Numbered from the stretch's first letter, positions 36,911-48,743 are shown. The stretch is 64,000 nt of DNA from Candidatus Borrarchaeum weybense (GCA_019057385.1 JAHQJS010000005.1:96001-160000); one strand, 5' to 3'. Notes: generated by a model not told the origin, from the letters alone. Made by a program: numbers and translations.

Positions 36911-38887
36911 ATGTTGAAACGCAAAGTCTACTTAGATCTAGTGTCTATAGAAGAAGCAAAAAGAAGGTTTTATGAGCATTTTAAAATAACTTATCACCTC
37001 ACTAATTCATCTATATGGGATGCAGGTGGAAAAGTTTTAGCAGAAGATATTGTTGCAGGATACGATGTACCTCCTTTTGATAGGGCTCGAATGGATGGAT
37101 ATGCACTTATTGCCAGAGATTCCTTTGAGGCGGATGAAGACAATCCTATTACATTGAAAATAGTAGATGAAATACCCGCAGGTGTTATTCCAGATGTTGA
37201 AGTCAATTCTGGGGAATGTACTGTTATATCAACAGGTGCAGTAATTCCAAAAGGTGCAAATTCTGTCATCATGGTAGAGTACACAGAACAAGAAGAAAAA
37301 CAAGTGAGATTATTTAGATCTGTTGTGCCTGGCGAAAACATCATGTTTGCAGGATCTGACATTAAAATAGGCGAAATTGTGTTAAGAAAGGGTGAACGAT
37401 TATCACCACGAGAAATTGGTGTTCTAGCCGCTCTAGGAGTTTCTGAAATCCCTGTTTATCAACAACCAAATGTAGCAATAATCTCAACAGGAGATGAAAT
37501 AACATCACCAGGTGAACTTCTTGAACCTGGGAAGATTTTTGATATAAATGGTGCTACATTAACAAATGCCGTGAGAGAGTGTGGATGCAAACCCAACTTT
37601 TTAGGTATTATAAAAGATTCTCCTGAAATGTTAAAAGAGCAACTCAAAAAAGCGCTCTCTAAAGCTGATGTTGTACTTATATCTGGAGGAACCTCTAAAG
37701 GTGTTGGAGACCTTTCCTACAAGGTCATCAATGAGTTAGGAACGCCAGGTATACTAGTTCACGGCGTGGCAATTAAACCAGGTAAACCACTGCTTTTGGC
37801 GGTAGTAGATAATAAAGCGATAATAGGACTGCCTGGATACCCAACATCAGCGCTAACTGTTTTTGAGCGTCTTGTAGCACCGTTCTTGCGTTCATTAGCT
37901 GGGATAAATAGTCTTGAAAAAAAGGTTCTTGAGGCATACATGGTCACACGAGTAGATCATGCTCTTGGTCGCCATGAATTTCTTCCTGTCCATATTATTA
38001 GAAAGGACTCCAAATATTTTGCATATCCAGTTCTTACTGGTTCAGGCGCAATAACTACTCTGAGTTTTAGTGATGGGTTCGTTGAAATTCCCTCAAACCA
38101 ACTTTTCATTGATGAAAATGAAAGGGTTACTGTAGAATTATTTAGCAACACTATTGAGCCCGCAGATCTTGTCTTTATTGGAAGCCACTGTCTTGGATTA
38201 GATCTCATCTACAATTTAATGCAAAAACATGATCCAAGTGTTTCTTTCAAACTAATCAATGTAGGATCGATGAGTGGTATAAAGGCAATAAGAAGGGGAG
38301 AAGCAGATATTGCAGGAATACATCTTTTTGACGCAAAATCAAATGAATATAATTTACCATTTCTTCAAGACATTATTGGTCAAGTCATAGTTATAAGAGG
38401 TTATAAACGAGAGCAAGGTTTGATAGTTGAAAAAGGGAATCCAAAAAATATAACGGGGCTACGAGATCTACTGAGAGATGACGTGTCTTTTATTAATAGA
38501 CAAAAAGGATCTGGAACACGGATCCTCACTGATTTCGAATTAGAAAAAATCGCTCAACAAGAAAATATGAAGTTCTCAGAACTTATTTGGGCTATTAAAG
38601 GCTATGAAGTTGAGGTGAAAACACATAGTGCTATTGCATCATCCATAGCGTACAAAAAAGCGGATATTGGGGTGGCAATATATTCCGTTGCTGCAAAATA
38701 TGATCTTGATTTTATACCAATTCGTGAAGAACTCTACGATTTTATAATCCTCAAAGACCGCTTAGATAAGGAAAGCGTTAAACTCTTCATTAAAACTCTC
38801 AGATCAAAAAAATTCAAAGAAAAACTCAGTTTAGTCTATCCTGGTATGCAGCCTACTGAAAAAACGGGATCTATAATATCTGAGTAA
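36911..38887 (+). CDS. moeA: MoeA fused to C-terminal PBP (LysR substrate-binding-like) domain
   Basis: MoeA motifs plus GSHC, GIHL, REQGL, FINRQKGSGTR. Confidence 0.93.
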   Translation: MLKRKVYLDLVSIEEAKRRFYEHFKITYHLTNSSIWDAGGKVLAEDIVAGYDVPPFDRARMDGYALIARDSFEADEDNPITLKIVDEIPAGVIPDVEVNSGECTVISTGAVIPKGANSVIMVEYTEQEEKQVRLFRSVVPGENIMFAGSDIKIGEIVLRKGERLSPREIGVLAALGVSEIPVYQQPNVAIISTGDEITSPGELLEPGKIFDINGATLTNAVRECGCKPNFLGIIKDSPEMLKEQLKKALSKADVVLISGGTSKGVGDLSYKVINELGTPGILVHGVAIKPGKPLLLAVVDNKAIIGLPGYPTSALTVFERLVAPFLRSLAGINSLEKKVLEAYMVTRVDHALGRHEFLPVHIIRKDSKYFAYPVLTGSGAITTLSFSDGFVEIPSNQLFIDENERVTVELFSNTIEPADLVFIGSHCLGLDLIYNLMQKHDPSVSFKLINVGSMSGIKAIRRGEADIAGIHLFDAKSNEYNLPFLQDIIGQVIVIRGYKREQGLIVEKGNPKNITGLRDLLRDDVSFINRQKGSGTRILTDFELEKIAQQENMKFSELIWAIKGYEVEVKTHSAIASSIAYKKADIGVAIYSVAAKYDLDFIPIREELYDFIILKDRLDKESVKLFIKTLRSKKFKEKLSLVYPGMQPTEKTGSIISE

Positions 38888-38962
38888 CAAATCATAGAAA
38901 AGAAAAAGAAGTGCGAGATTTTAAAAGACTCAATTGGTTATTCTCAGTAGAATCTCATTATT

Positions 38963-40102
38963 TTAGAAGCATCGATGAATGGCAGCGGCGCCCATGTCTT
39001 GGTATTCTTTTTTAGTCACCCACATTTTCTGGAAGGTCTTAAGTGACGATAGAATACTACCTCCGATCCAGACACTGTAGCGTCTCTCTGGTGGGGCAAT
39101 GATTTTGATCTCTACGCCTTCGGGTACCAGTTCGGTGAGTTCCTTGTGCATGCGTTCCTTTAGTCCGGGGAACATGGTGGAACCGCCTGATAACACGATG
39201 TTACCGTAGAGTTCGCGGCGCAAGTCGACGTCACATTTCATGATGGCTTGGTAGATGGCTTCGTCAATTGGTGAAGCTTCTAAGCCGATCACACCTGGGT
39301 TGAAGAATACTTCGGGAGCCAAGAAACGTTCAGGACCGACCACTAAGGATTGGCCATCTGGCAGAGTATAGGTTTTCTCCATACCGGAGACTTTCTCCGC
39401 TAATTTCATTTCCTTCTCGGGGTCTAGGGCCACGTAACAAAGTTTTTCCTTGATGTCACGGACGATTTCACGTTCGGCAGATGAGGTCAATGAATAGCCT
39501 CGCTGTCGGAGCAGTCGTCTTAAATACTCGGTGAGGTCACGACCGGCTAAATCGACACGAGAGATGGCGTGAGTGATGGCGAACCCTTCATAGATGGGCA
39601 CGATATGTGTCACTCCGTCACCGCTGTCGACTACGATACCCGTAGTTCTTCCGCTGGCATACAGACTCAATACTGCCTGCATGCTAATATATACGGCGGG
39701 TACGTTGAATGTTTCAAACATGACTTCCGTCATCTTCTCTCTGTTGACTTTGGGATTGAGTGGCGCTTCGGTCAGCAAAACAGGGTGCTCATTAGGGTTA
39801 ACTCGCAGGTCATTATAGAAGGTATAATGCCAGATTTTTTCCATAGCATCCCAGTCGTTGATAACCCCATGTTCTACAGGGTAGATGAGTTTCAACACAC
39901 CTCGTAAGTTCAAGGCTTCTTCGCCGATATAGTACTCCCTTACGTAATGCTCAACATCGGTCATAATAGACTTATATTTTGGGTAGCCAATGAGCGTTGG
40001 GAAGACACTCCTGGGCTGATCCTCTCCAGCATAGCCGTTTTTGGACAGACCAGTCCCGTTATCTACCACCAACGGCTTTCCAGTTATTCCTTCTTCTTCC
40101 AA
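38963..40102 (-). CDS. Asgard actin (eukaryote-like)
   Basis: [56 protein letters not shown]-terminal HRCF. Confidence 0.97.
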   Translation of the reverse strand: MEEEGITGKPLVVDNGTGLSKNGYAGEDQPRSVFPTLIGYPKYKSIMTDVEHYVREYYIGEEALNLRGVLKLIYPVEHGVINDWDAMEKIWHYTFYNDLRVNPNEHPVLLTEAPLNPKVNREKMTEVMFETFNVPAVYISMQAVLSLYASGRTTGIVVDSGDGVTHIVPIYEGFAITHAISRVDLAGRDLTEYLRRLLRQRGYSLTSSAEREIVRDIKEKLCYVALDPEKEMKLAEKVSGMEKTYTLPDGQSLVVGPERFLAPEVFFNPGVIGLEASPIDEAIYQAIMKCDVDLRRELYGNIVLSGGSTMFPGLKERMHKELTELVPEGVEIKIIAPPERRYSVWIGGSILSSLKTFQKMWVTKKEYQDMGAAAIHRCF

Positions 40103-40343
40103 TGGTTTTCCTCCATTTAAAAATCTTTAAAACACTTATTAAAAGAACTTAATCGTATTAAAAAAAACTTGTGGTAAAAGTCTGCGTTTTTCATGTTCCA
40201 TATCGTAAACTACTTTAGATTTCAACTTCTTGTCTGCAGATAGTTTCAGTCTATGGAATGAAAAAAACTATATATTCCCAACGTTAAATAACGCGACTTT
40301 TTCACTGTTTGAACTCATTAGCTTTCTTAGTACCTCATTATAA

Positions 40344-41315
40344 TCAAATAAGTTTCATGGGTGCTGCTAGTTTGCTTAACAAAACAACTCTACTTGGGGT
40401 CGATTCGTCTAATATTCGATATCCGGTCAATTGACTCAAGTTTTCTGAAAATTCACGGATTTCCTCATGTGTTGGCATATGAGATAAGGCTAACCTATCG
40501 CGAGAGTGACCCACCCACATATATGCTTTTGGCTCTATGTATACGCTTTCAGCTTTTGCTATTAACTTTGCATAGTCCTCTACATGCTCTAGGTTGTGTT
40601 GCTTTACTAGCGTCAATCGAAGCACAGTCGGACAGCTGAAACTATGAAGCATTTCCAAGGTTTCATTAAGTTTTTGCCATCCGTCATGGATTTGAGGTCT
40701 GCAAAGTCGTCTATAAATCTCTTCAGTGGGCGCAGAAACCGATACATATAATTGGGTAGGTTCTGTTATCTCAGATAGTCGCTCTGGAACCGTACCATTT
40801 GTAACTAAGAAGGTAGTGAAGTCCATTCGGTGAAATTCTTCAATTAACTCGCCCAGTCGGGGGTACAAAGTCGGTTCTCCGGAAAGACTGATCGCAACAT
40901 GTTTTGGAGAGAGCGCTTCGCTATATTTCAAAGGATCGACTTTGTTATGCGCTTTTGGATTATAACCGCTTAAGAGTCGTTTTTGTTCAATTAATGCACC
41001 TTGAATGATTTCCTGAGGATCATCGACTTCTATATCTGTCATCTTTGTTCTATCTATTGAACTATCATAATAGCGCCAACAGTATAGACATTGTTGTGTA
41101 CAAAAATTCAAGGCACATGTCATTTGCAAGCATCTATGTGTTTGAATTCCATAGAATTTAGACTTATAGCAGACAGTGTTTTCTACCAAACTTTTGCGTA
41201 CCCAGCGGCAAGTTTTTACTGCGCTATGGCGTCCTACAATATGATATTTTTGTTTAAGAAGGGTTTTTTTCACGCTTTCAGGAATAAGTTCTCCATACAT
41301 TCTTGTCGCGCCCAT
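40344..41315 (-). CDS. taw1: 4-demethylwyosine synthase Taw1/TYW1
   Basis: HSAVKTCRW, CYKSKFYGI, CTQQCLYCWR, AISLSGEPT. Confidence 0.95.
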   Translation of the reverse strand: MGATRMYGELIPESVKKTLLKQKYHIVGRHSAVKTCRWVRKSLVENTVCYKSKFYGIQTHRCLQMTCALNFCTQQCLYCWRYYDSSIDRTKMTDIEVDDPQEIIQGALIEQKRLLSGYNPKAHNKVDPLKYSEALSPKHVAISLSGEPTLYPRLGELIEEFHRMDFTTFLVTNGTVPERLSEITEPTQLYVSVSAPTEEIYRRLCRPQIHDGWQKLNETLEMLHSFSCPTVLRLTLVKQHNLEHVEDYAKLIAKAESVYIEPKAYMWVGHSRDRLALSHMPTHEEIREFSENLSQLTGYRILDESTPSRVVLLSKLAAPMKLI

Positions 41316-41363
41316 TATAAGAATACTAGACTAGAATAACTGGATTGTATTATAACTCTTTTT

Positions 41364-43379
41364 TTATACGGGAGGTGAAACCTTCTCTATACGATCTTTT
41401 TTGATTAATGGTTTTTCTGAGAAAAGTAAAAGGGAAGGACAGGTATCTAAACATTGAGTACAGTTTATACACTTTTTCTCATCGATTATCGGATAATTAC
41501 GTTGTACATCAAGAATTGTCGCTCCTTGAGGACAAAATATCTCACAAAAGCCACATCCGACACATTTCTGAGCTCTTGCAAAAATCTTTGCAAGATTTTT
41601 TATCAACTTTTTTCCCGCTTTTAGATGTGATGTGCTCACTTTGAAAGTTCCATCAGCAAATATGGTGACAGACGACTCGTTTATTTGCATATTAACTTGG
41701 TCAAACGCTTCATTTGTCCAACTCTTTCCTAGAATATTAAGGAGGTTTCCTATCCGCTGAATATCTAATGGGTATGGAAATCGTCCTTCCATTGTATAAA
41801 AATCATCATTATGAGAGCGAATTTTCTCTTTTATCACATATCGGGTAGGTTGTATGTCTATATGAGATTCAAGCTCATTAGTTTGTAAGCCCAGTTGTTT
41901 GGCTACTTGTATCTGACCTTTTGCAAGGGTTCTCCATCTCCAAAATCCGTGTGTTGCCCATTCTTCTGCATATCCATTTGATTTCGCCCAGTTCGTTAGA
42001 AATTCCATCCAGAATCTGTAAAGATGTTCGTGGGTCTCTTTAATATCATGTAATTCAGAAAGTTTCATAGCAGGGCAATAAATGCATCCAATTCGCTCAA
42101 ACCCTTTATAATAGAGAGGATTAGCAATAGCATTTTTCATAAGCAGATAGAGCCAAACATGAAGTGCAGTCCAGTTTTTTATGGGACTCGCTCCGATCTG
42201 TCCTGGCACAAAGGGGTTCTTCCACACTCTATGCTCTTGTGCACGTGGCTGAGATTCGTATCGTCTAACGCCGAGAAAGGTTACTACTCCCTCTGGATAG
42301 TTTTCTCTAATGATCTGTGCAGTGGGAGACAGTTTTAGAAGTTTGCAGCACCATCGAAAATCTCGCGCTGGAGGACCAAATTTTTCAAGCATAACATCCC
42401 AATCAGCTTCGGTCTTTTTGTAAATTAATCGGTTTTCTATACCTAGGTCTTTCATAGTAGTAAATACATTTTCTATTGTTTCAGGGAACTCTATTCCCGT
42501 ATCAGCAAAAAATACATCAAACTGATCTTCTAAAGCCTCTAATGCCAATAATAGAAGACATAAACTATCCTTTCCACCGCTATAAGCTACTGCTTTAGGT
42601 TTTCTGTAACTCTTAGCTAGGGATCTCATAAATTGAATGGCTTCTTCTGCCCTTGAGTTCAAAATCTGCACGTTTGCCTGTACTGCCATATCCCATGTTT
42701 GTCCGTCATGATGAATAGTTGGAGGAGTTGGGGGTTCACGGTGTTTTATTTTTACGACCATACCTCTCTTTGTAGCAAGAATTGTCTCTCCTGAGAATTT
42801 CGCTACACCTACCGCTAAAACCTCGTCGGATGGAGTTATTATCAACACATCATCTCCAGGTTGAATTGAGGGATCACAATCCTTTACACCAGGTGCAAGG
42901 AGACTTGCGCCCTTAAGAAGTGGATCAACTGCTCCTTCGTATATTTTTACCCACTTATTACATCCAGCAAGCCATAACCGCCTTGCTCCTTCAACCTTAG
43001 GCAAAAACTTCCATCTTTGATGCAGTATATCGAAATAAAGTGCGCCTATAATGACTCCATCAAGAATTATTTCGTTCCTTCTGTCAAGTGCAGGTGCCTT
43101 ATTGAGCACAACGAGTTTCTTGTCAGGAATCAATTTTTGTCCTACACCTTCACCTGCAAACTGAAAATCTATAGTTTGCCGAATTAATTCGATATCATGA
43201 GCAAATGCGGGACGTGTATCTCCTGGAGGTGTGATTTTGCATTTTATAGTAGGACTTCCGCATAGAGTGCAGTTTTCCATTTCCAAGATAGGTAGGTTAC
43301 ACTGAAAACACCAATATAGCAGAAGAGGACCAAGATAAACTTTCTTTGGCATTTTTACTGAAGACTCCTTAGAGAACAT
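41364..43379 (-). CDS. PAPS-reductase-family protein with Zn ribbon, PUA and ferredoxin domains
   Basis: SGGKDS PP-loop, RWCC, RIGCIYCP, PUA LLAPGV, two CxxCxxCxxxCP. Confidence 0.88.
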   Translation of the reverse strand: MFSKESSVKMPKKVYLGPLLLYWCFQCNLPILEMENCTLCGSPTIKCKITPPGDTRPAFAHDIELIRQTIDFQFAGEGVGQKLIPDKKLVVLNKAPALDRRNEIILDGVIIGALYFDILHQRWKFLPKVEGARRLWLAGCNKWVKIYEGAVDPLLKGASLLAPGVKDCDPSIQPGDDVLIITPSDEVLAVGVAKFSGETILATKRGMVVKIKHREPPTPPTIHHDGQTWDMAVQANVQILNSRAEEAIQFMRSLAKSYRKPKAVAYSGGKDSLCLLLLALEALEDQFDVFFADTGIEFPETIENVFTTMKDLGIENRLIYKKTEADWDVMLEKFGPPARDFRWCCKLLKLSPTAQIIRENYPEGVVTFLGVRRYESQPRAQEHRVWKNPFVPGQIGASPIKNWTALHVWLYLLMKNAIANPLYYKGFERIGCIYCPAMKLSELHDIKETHEHLYRFWMEFLTNWAKSNGYAEEWATHGFWRWRTLAKGQIQVAKQLGLQTNELESHIDIQPTRYVIKEKIRSHNDDFYTMEGRFPYPLDIQRIGNLLNILGKSWTNEAFDQVNMQINESSVTIFADGTFKVSTSHLKAGKKLIKNLAKIFARAQKCVGCGFCEIFCPQGATILDVQRNYPIIDEKKCINCTQCLDTCPSLLLFSEKPLIKKDRIEKVSPPV

Positions 43380-43536
43380 TCAACAAGAGCTCTCTGAAAC
43401 TTCTTTTTCATCCTTTAAAATCTTTCTGTAACTCACTTTGCGGTAGAATAATCATCATTTCGTAATTGTACGGGTTGGATTCTCTACTTCCTTTGTTGGC
43501 AAGAGTTTAAAAAGGGTAGAAAGCACTAAACCATCT

Positions 43537-44511
43537 ATGAGCCCCTTCGTCTCTATCCTTGTTCCTTGCTTAAACGAAGAAAATACTTTGCGTTCTCTTA
43601 CAGGACGTGTTGAAAAGACTCTTGCTGGACTACAAAATATTCAATGCGAACTTATCTTTATAGATGATGGAAGTACAGACGAAACGGGGTCAATAATTGA
43701 TCAATTAAGTCAAGAAATTCCATGGGTGAAGGCATATCATCATTCAACAACAAAAGGAAAATCTGCAGCCATAATGAACGGTTTTTACCATTCTAAAGGA
43801 AATATCATAATTCTATTAGATGCAGATCTGCAATTCTTTCCTGAAGACATTCCAGCAATCCTTTCAGAAATGACTCAGAAAAAATTAGATATTGTTAATG
43901 GCTGGAGAAAGGAGCGAAAAGATCCTTTGTCCAGAAGGGCTGCATCTCGTCTCTATAATTCCTTTGCAAGTTCTCTCTTCGGACTAAAGGTTCATGATTA
44001 TAACTGTGGGATCAAAGGTCTAAAACGGGAGGTATTAGAATCCTTCAGATTAAGAAAAGGATATCATCGTTATATACTGGCCCTTGCAAAGCATCACGGG
44101 TTTCGTATAGGCGAAGTAGTAGTTCAACATGCCCCTCGCCCGTATGGAAAGTCTAGATACCGAACTAGTCGACTATTTGCAGGATTTGTGGATTTGATGA
44201 GTTTAAAACTTCAATTCATGTTTATGGAGCGCCCCATGTCACTGTTTGGCGTGCTTGGCGCATTTATCTTCCTCCTCGGTCTTATTTCTGGAGCTTATCT
44301 TGTATATCTTTGGTTTCTTGAAGGCGGTATTGGTACACGACCACTTCTCTTCCTTACAGTCCTCTTACTTGTTGCAGGCATTCAGTTTTTCTCATTTGGA
44401 TTTTTAGCTGACGCAATTGCATCTTTAAAAACAGACGTTGATTATCTTAATCAATTAGTCATACAGAGGAAAGAAGAAAACACAAAAGGTCAATCACCCC
44501 CTAACAAGTGA
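43537..44511 (+). CDS. GT2 polyprenol-phosphate glycosyltransferase (ArnC/DPM-like)
   Basis: PCLNEE, DDGSTD, DADLQ, two C-terminal TM helices; last codons supplied by the inserted element. Confidence 0.92.
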   Translation: MSPFVSILVPCLNEENTLRSLTGRVEKTLAGLQNIQCELIFIDDGSTDETGSIIDQLSQEIPWVKAYHHSTTKGKSAAIMNGFYHSKGNIIILLDADLQFFPEDIPAILSEMTQKKLDIVNGWRKERKDPLSRRAASRLYNSFASSLFGLKVHDYNCGIKGLKREVLESFRLRKGYHRYILALAKHHGFRIGEVVVQHAPRPYGKSRYRTSRLFAGFVDLMSLKLQFMFMERPMSLFGVLGAFIFLLGLISGAYLVYLWFLEGGIGTRPLLFLTVLLLVAGIQFFSFGFLADAIASLKTDVDYLNQLVIQRKEENTKGQSPPNK

Positions 44512-44735
44512 GGGGGCTTGTTCCGTGAGGAACAAGAGTAATTGGTTGATTAGCCTAAGAGAGGTCGTGGTGGAACACACATGACGGTATCTACGTTATC
44601 AGGAGAGTTAAAGAACACACCAAGGGATGCTTCTCTAGTCCCGTGCTCTGTAAACGGTGGTTTAAACAGAGAGGAAACTCTCAGTGATCATCGTAGAGTA
44701 CTGACTGATAACCTTGGCGAAGAGAACCTACTCCC
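44489..44735 (+). ncRNA. omegaRNA/HEARO-like scaffold
   Basis: GTCAATCACCCC..GTTGATTAGCCTAAG..CTACGTTATCAG..GGGATGCTTCTCTAGTCCC..CTCTG..TTAAACAG..CAGTG..CTGATAACCTTGGCGAAGAGAAC, the motif order I recognise from HEARO/omegaRNAs. Confidence 0.8.
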
Positions 44736-44897
44736 CTGGTGTTGGGAGCGGCGGGACTTGCGAGTACCCGTTATTAAAACACCACCCGAGGTTGGGTACA
44801 CCAACCCCTGTCTTCGCAGAAAGGGTTGTGTGAGCAACGCTCGACCTCAATTCATGTATCCCCCCAACAAGTTGAGGGGTCTTCTTGCGAGGTAGTT
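44489..44897 (+). mobile_element. Non-autonomous IscB-family IS200/IS605 element lacking a nuclease ORF
   Basis: Subterminal hairpins CCCC(T)AACAAGT(T)GAGGGG at both ends; followed by ATAAA. Confidence 0.75.
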
Positions 44898-44916
44898 ATA
44901 AAATGGTCTTCCTTTA

Positions 44917-46233
44917 TCAAATCTCGATAGTTTCTCCAACACGAGGAACAAATGTTTCAACACCCTCCTTTAGCTCCTGAACTCTTTTACTGAAAGCAAA
45001 CGCCTTTTCTTTCTCGCCATGTACCACTATAACCCTTTTCAGGCCTTCTATTTCTGAAAGAATGCGCATGAGCCCGGCCTGATCGGCATGTGCACTAAAT
45101 TCAAAATGGTGTACTTTCGCGTTTATTTCTACTTTTTCACCGTCGATTTCTAATACACGTTCGCCTTCTTGAAGTTGACGACCTCGCGTTCCTTTTACCA
45201 TGTATCCAGTAAGACAAATGAGGTTTCGTTCATCATCTCCTAACTCTTTGAGATAACGTATTACCGGACCGCCTTGTACCATCCCGCTTGTTGTGATAAC
45301 AATAGCAGGTTGTTTTGTATTAATAAACTCGTCACGTTCAGAGGACGTTACTTCATGAAACATCTCAGATTCCCATGGTGACCTCTTAGTATATCTTATT
45401 TGTCGGCGAATTTCAGGACGAAGATATAGCCAATATAACTTGTAGATTTCGTTCATTTTTCTTATCATTCCATCGATATAAACTGGCACTTCAGGTAAGA
45501 ATCCGCTTCTCATGTAGGCCTCGATGGAGAGCATCGCCTGTTGAGCTCGTCCTGCCGCAAAAGCTGGAATAATGACTTTTCCTTGCCTCTTTAATGTGTT
45601 CTTAACAGCGAGTGCAAATTCTTTTTCGGTCTTTTTAAGATTGGGTAAACGATCATTAGGGTCACCATAAGTAGATTCAATAATCACAGTCTCTGTTGGT
45701 AAGGTGCTATCAGCTTGGTGAAGTGTTCTTGTATGGCGCGCGTTTACATCACCTGTGTAAAGAACAGTGTGCCCATCTATTTCTAGCCAAACCATGGCGC
45801 TCCCTAGAAGATGCCCTGAACGATATAAGATCATTTGTGCATTCGATACATCTAAAGGTACTCTGAATCGGACATCAACGGCATGAGATCTCATAGCTTG
45901 AACATCTTCTGCCTCATATGGACTTTCTTCGTGAGCTCTAGAAAGACGAAGATAATCGAAAACTAGCAGTTCAGTCATATCTTGTGTCACAGGCGTGGCG
46001 TAAATCGGACATTTGTATCGTTTTATGAGTGCAGGAGCGTGCCCAGAGTGATCTAAATGTGCATGTGTTAAGATCACAGCGTCTGGAGTATCAGGTAGCG
46101 GAAGAGGGTATCTATTTTCATCAGAAGCACCTAAATGCACACCAGCATCAAGAACTAACTTTGTGTCTTTGCTTTCCACAAATACACACGATCTACCGAC
46201 CTCTTGCGCTCCTCCTTGAAATGTAATGTTCAT
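44917..46233 (-). CDS. MBL/beta-CASP ribonuclease (aCPSF2-like, no KH domains)
   Basis: GGAQEVGRSC, THAHLDHSG, GHLLGS, YTGD, ESTYG, FSAHAD, VHGE. Confidence 0.92.
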   Translation of the reverse strand: MNITFQGGAQEVGRSCVFVESKDTKLVLDAGVHLGASDENRYPLPLPDTPDAVILTHAHLDHSGHAPALIKRYKCPIYATPVTQDMTELLVFDYLRLSRAHEESPYEAEDVQAMRSHAVDVRFRVPLDVSNAQMILYRSGHLLGSAMVWLEIDGHTVLYTGDVNARHTRTLHQADSTLPTETVIIESTYGDPNDRLPNLKKTEKEFALAVKNTLKRQGKVIIPAFAAGRAQQAMLSIEAYMRSGFLPEVPVYIDGMIRKMNEIYKLYWLYLRPEIRRQIRYTKRSPWESEMFHEVTSSERDEFINTKQPAIVITTSGMVQGGPVIRYLKELGDDERNLICLTGYMVKGTRGRQLQEGERVLEIDGEKVEINAKVHHFEFSAHADQAGLMRILSEIEGLKRVIVVHGEKEKAFAFSKRVQELKEGVETFVPRVGETIEI

Positions 46234-46393
46234 TAAATCAACAGCCTCCATTCTTACTTTAAATGGCTTCATATAAAACAGTAATGAGTTAAATGAAAAA
46301 GTCAATCACTTTTATTTGTCAACTATAATATAATTATTAAAGGGATATTTAGAAAAAAAGATTTAGATAAAAATCGACTTATCTAAGAAACCG

Positions 46394-47140
46394 TTAGTGT
46401 AGGGCATCTGCAACATCTTGAAAAAGGTATGCGTTAGATTCTTTAAGTAAGACTTTAGGAACAAGTAGATATCGATCTACCTGGAGACAAAGATCTATAT
46501 CCCTTTCATATCCCAAGCGCTTCAATTTAGCGCCTTCTGCGGAATTCTTTATTAAATTGTTAATATTGTCTTTATTTCTTTCATAACTTTCTGATGCTAA
46601 TTTCGCATCTTCATCAAGAATGCATCCCTTCTCACCCAATTTAGAAGCTATAAGTCCTGCAGCGAGCCAATCTTCGCATTCCTCTATTGGACCACATGCT
46701 ATAAGTACTATATCCAAATTCGTTTGTTTTGCTATGGTATATGCTGTTGCAGATACAGCAGAGGCGTTTAAAAAACCACCAACTAGTATATGCTCTGAAT
46801 TTCCCACACTGTGTATTATTCGAGTTCCGTTGGAAGTCGTAAGGACGAGAAATTTTTGAGAAACTGAATTTTCTAAGATTTCAATGGGTGAATTGCCATG
46901 ATCAAATCCTGACACCTTTTTATAATCCCGTTCTCCAGCTAAGATACAGTTTTCAATGCGATCTTTCAAAAGCCATACTGTATCAAGATCTGGAGCTGCA
47001 TATACTCCTTTTGCTCCTGCCGCTAAACTACAGGTAATCATAGTACCTGCACGGATAACATCTACAATAATATACACAGCGTTTTTCTTTTCCAATTCAA
47101 TAGAATTTTCCATTCCGAATAAATGAACTTCAGGTTTCAT
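46394..47140 (-). CDS. comB: ComB-family (2-phosphosulfolactate phosphatase-like) phosphatase
   Basis: DVIRAGT, AGER, GNSP, TTSNGT, NASAV, ED; AGGTGA SD before MKPEV. Confidence 0.88.
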   Translation of the reverse strand: MKPEVHLFGMENSIELEKKNAVYIIVDVIRAGTMITCSLAAGAKGVYAAPDLDTVWLLKDRIENCILAGERDYKKVSGFDHGNSPIEILENSVSQKFLVLTTSNGTRIIHSVGNSEHILVGGFLNASAVSATAYTIAKQTNLDIVLIACGPIEECEDWLAAGLIASKLGEKGCILDEDAKLASESYERNKDNINNLIKNSAEGAKLKRLGYERDIDLCLQVDRYLLVPKVLLKESNAYLFQDVADALH

Positions 47141-47173
47141 TAAACGATTCACCTTTTTGTTTTATAAAATCAC

Positions 47174-47180
47174 AAAAAAA
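47174..47180 (-). terminator. T7 tract between Ser leader and comB
   Basis: 35 nt after the leader stop. Confidence 0.45.
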
Positions 47181-47215
47181 GCGGATACTAAACGTGAATT
47201 TAATTGTGATTAACA

Positions 47216-47302
47216 CTACGACGACGAGGAGGACGAGGATGACGACAAACTACTTAAAACTAATAATGTTGAAGAAATAGAAGTCAACCTCTTTGTTATC
47301 AT
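47216..47302 (-). CDS. Poly-Ser leader peptide (MITKRLTSISSTLLVLSSLSSSSSSSSS)
   Basis: 28 aa, 14 Ser, 9 consecutive TCN codons before TAG; TATA (TTTTATAA) at ~47343-47351. Confidence 0.7.
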   Translation of the reverse strand: MITKRLTSISSTLLVLSSLSSSSSSSSS

Positions 47303-47609
47303 ATTATCACATCATCTTGTAAGGCAAGTACTACTGTCATCTTTTATAAAATTTTCTAAAGATACCTTTTCGAGATTTTATCTTAAAATATGATTTGCTG
47401 GAACACTTATTGCTACTATGTGGTATTAAAACAACATATTTTCTTCTTAAAGACACTCTTAGTATCATAAAAGTGTTTTATTTAAATAAAGCTTCAAAAA
47501 GTAATCTTTAAGAGCATTAAATAAACACCAAAATAAATTGAGGGGTAAATAGTGGATCCAGGCAGACCTTGGCTATGGTGAGCCTTACAAAAATTGCTTT
47601 ATTGGAAAC

Positions 47610-48743
<1,134 letters not shown>

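Noticed and set aside
44581-44895. 104-aa ORF
   Set aside because: Lies within the omegaRNA element and has no IscB (PLMP/RuvC/HNH) or TnpA motifs
47200-47250. Val/Leu/Ile-rich (ilv-type) leader or a simple GAC/GAG microsatellite
   Set aside because: The VVILVLLVVV frame follows a stop and has no start codon; third positions vary while Ser is retained
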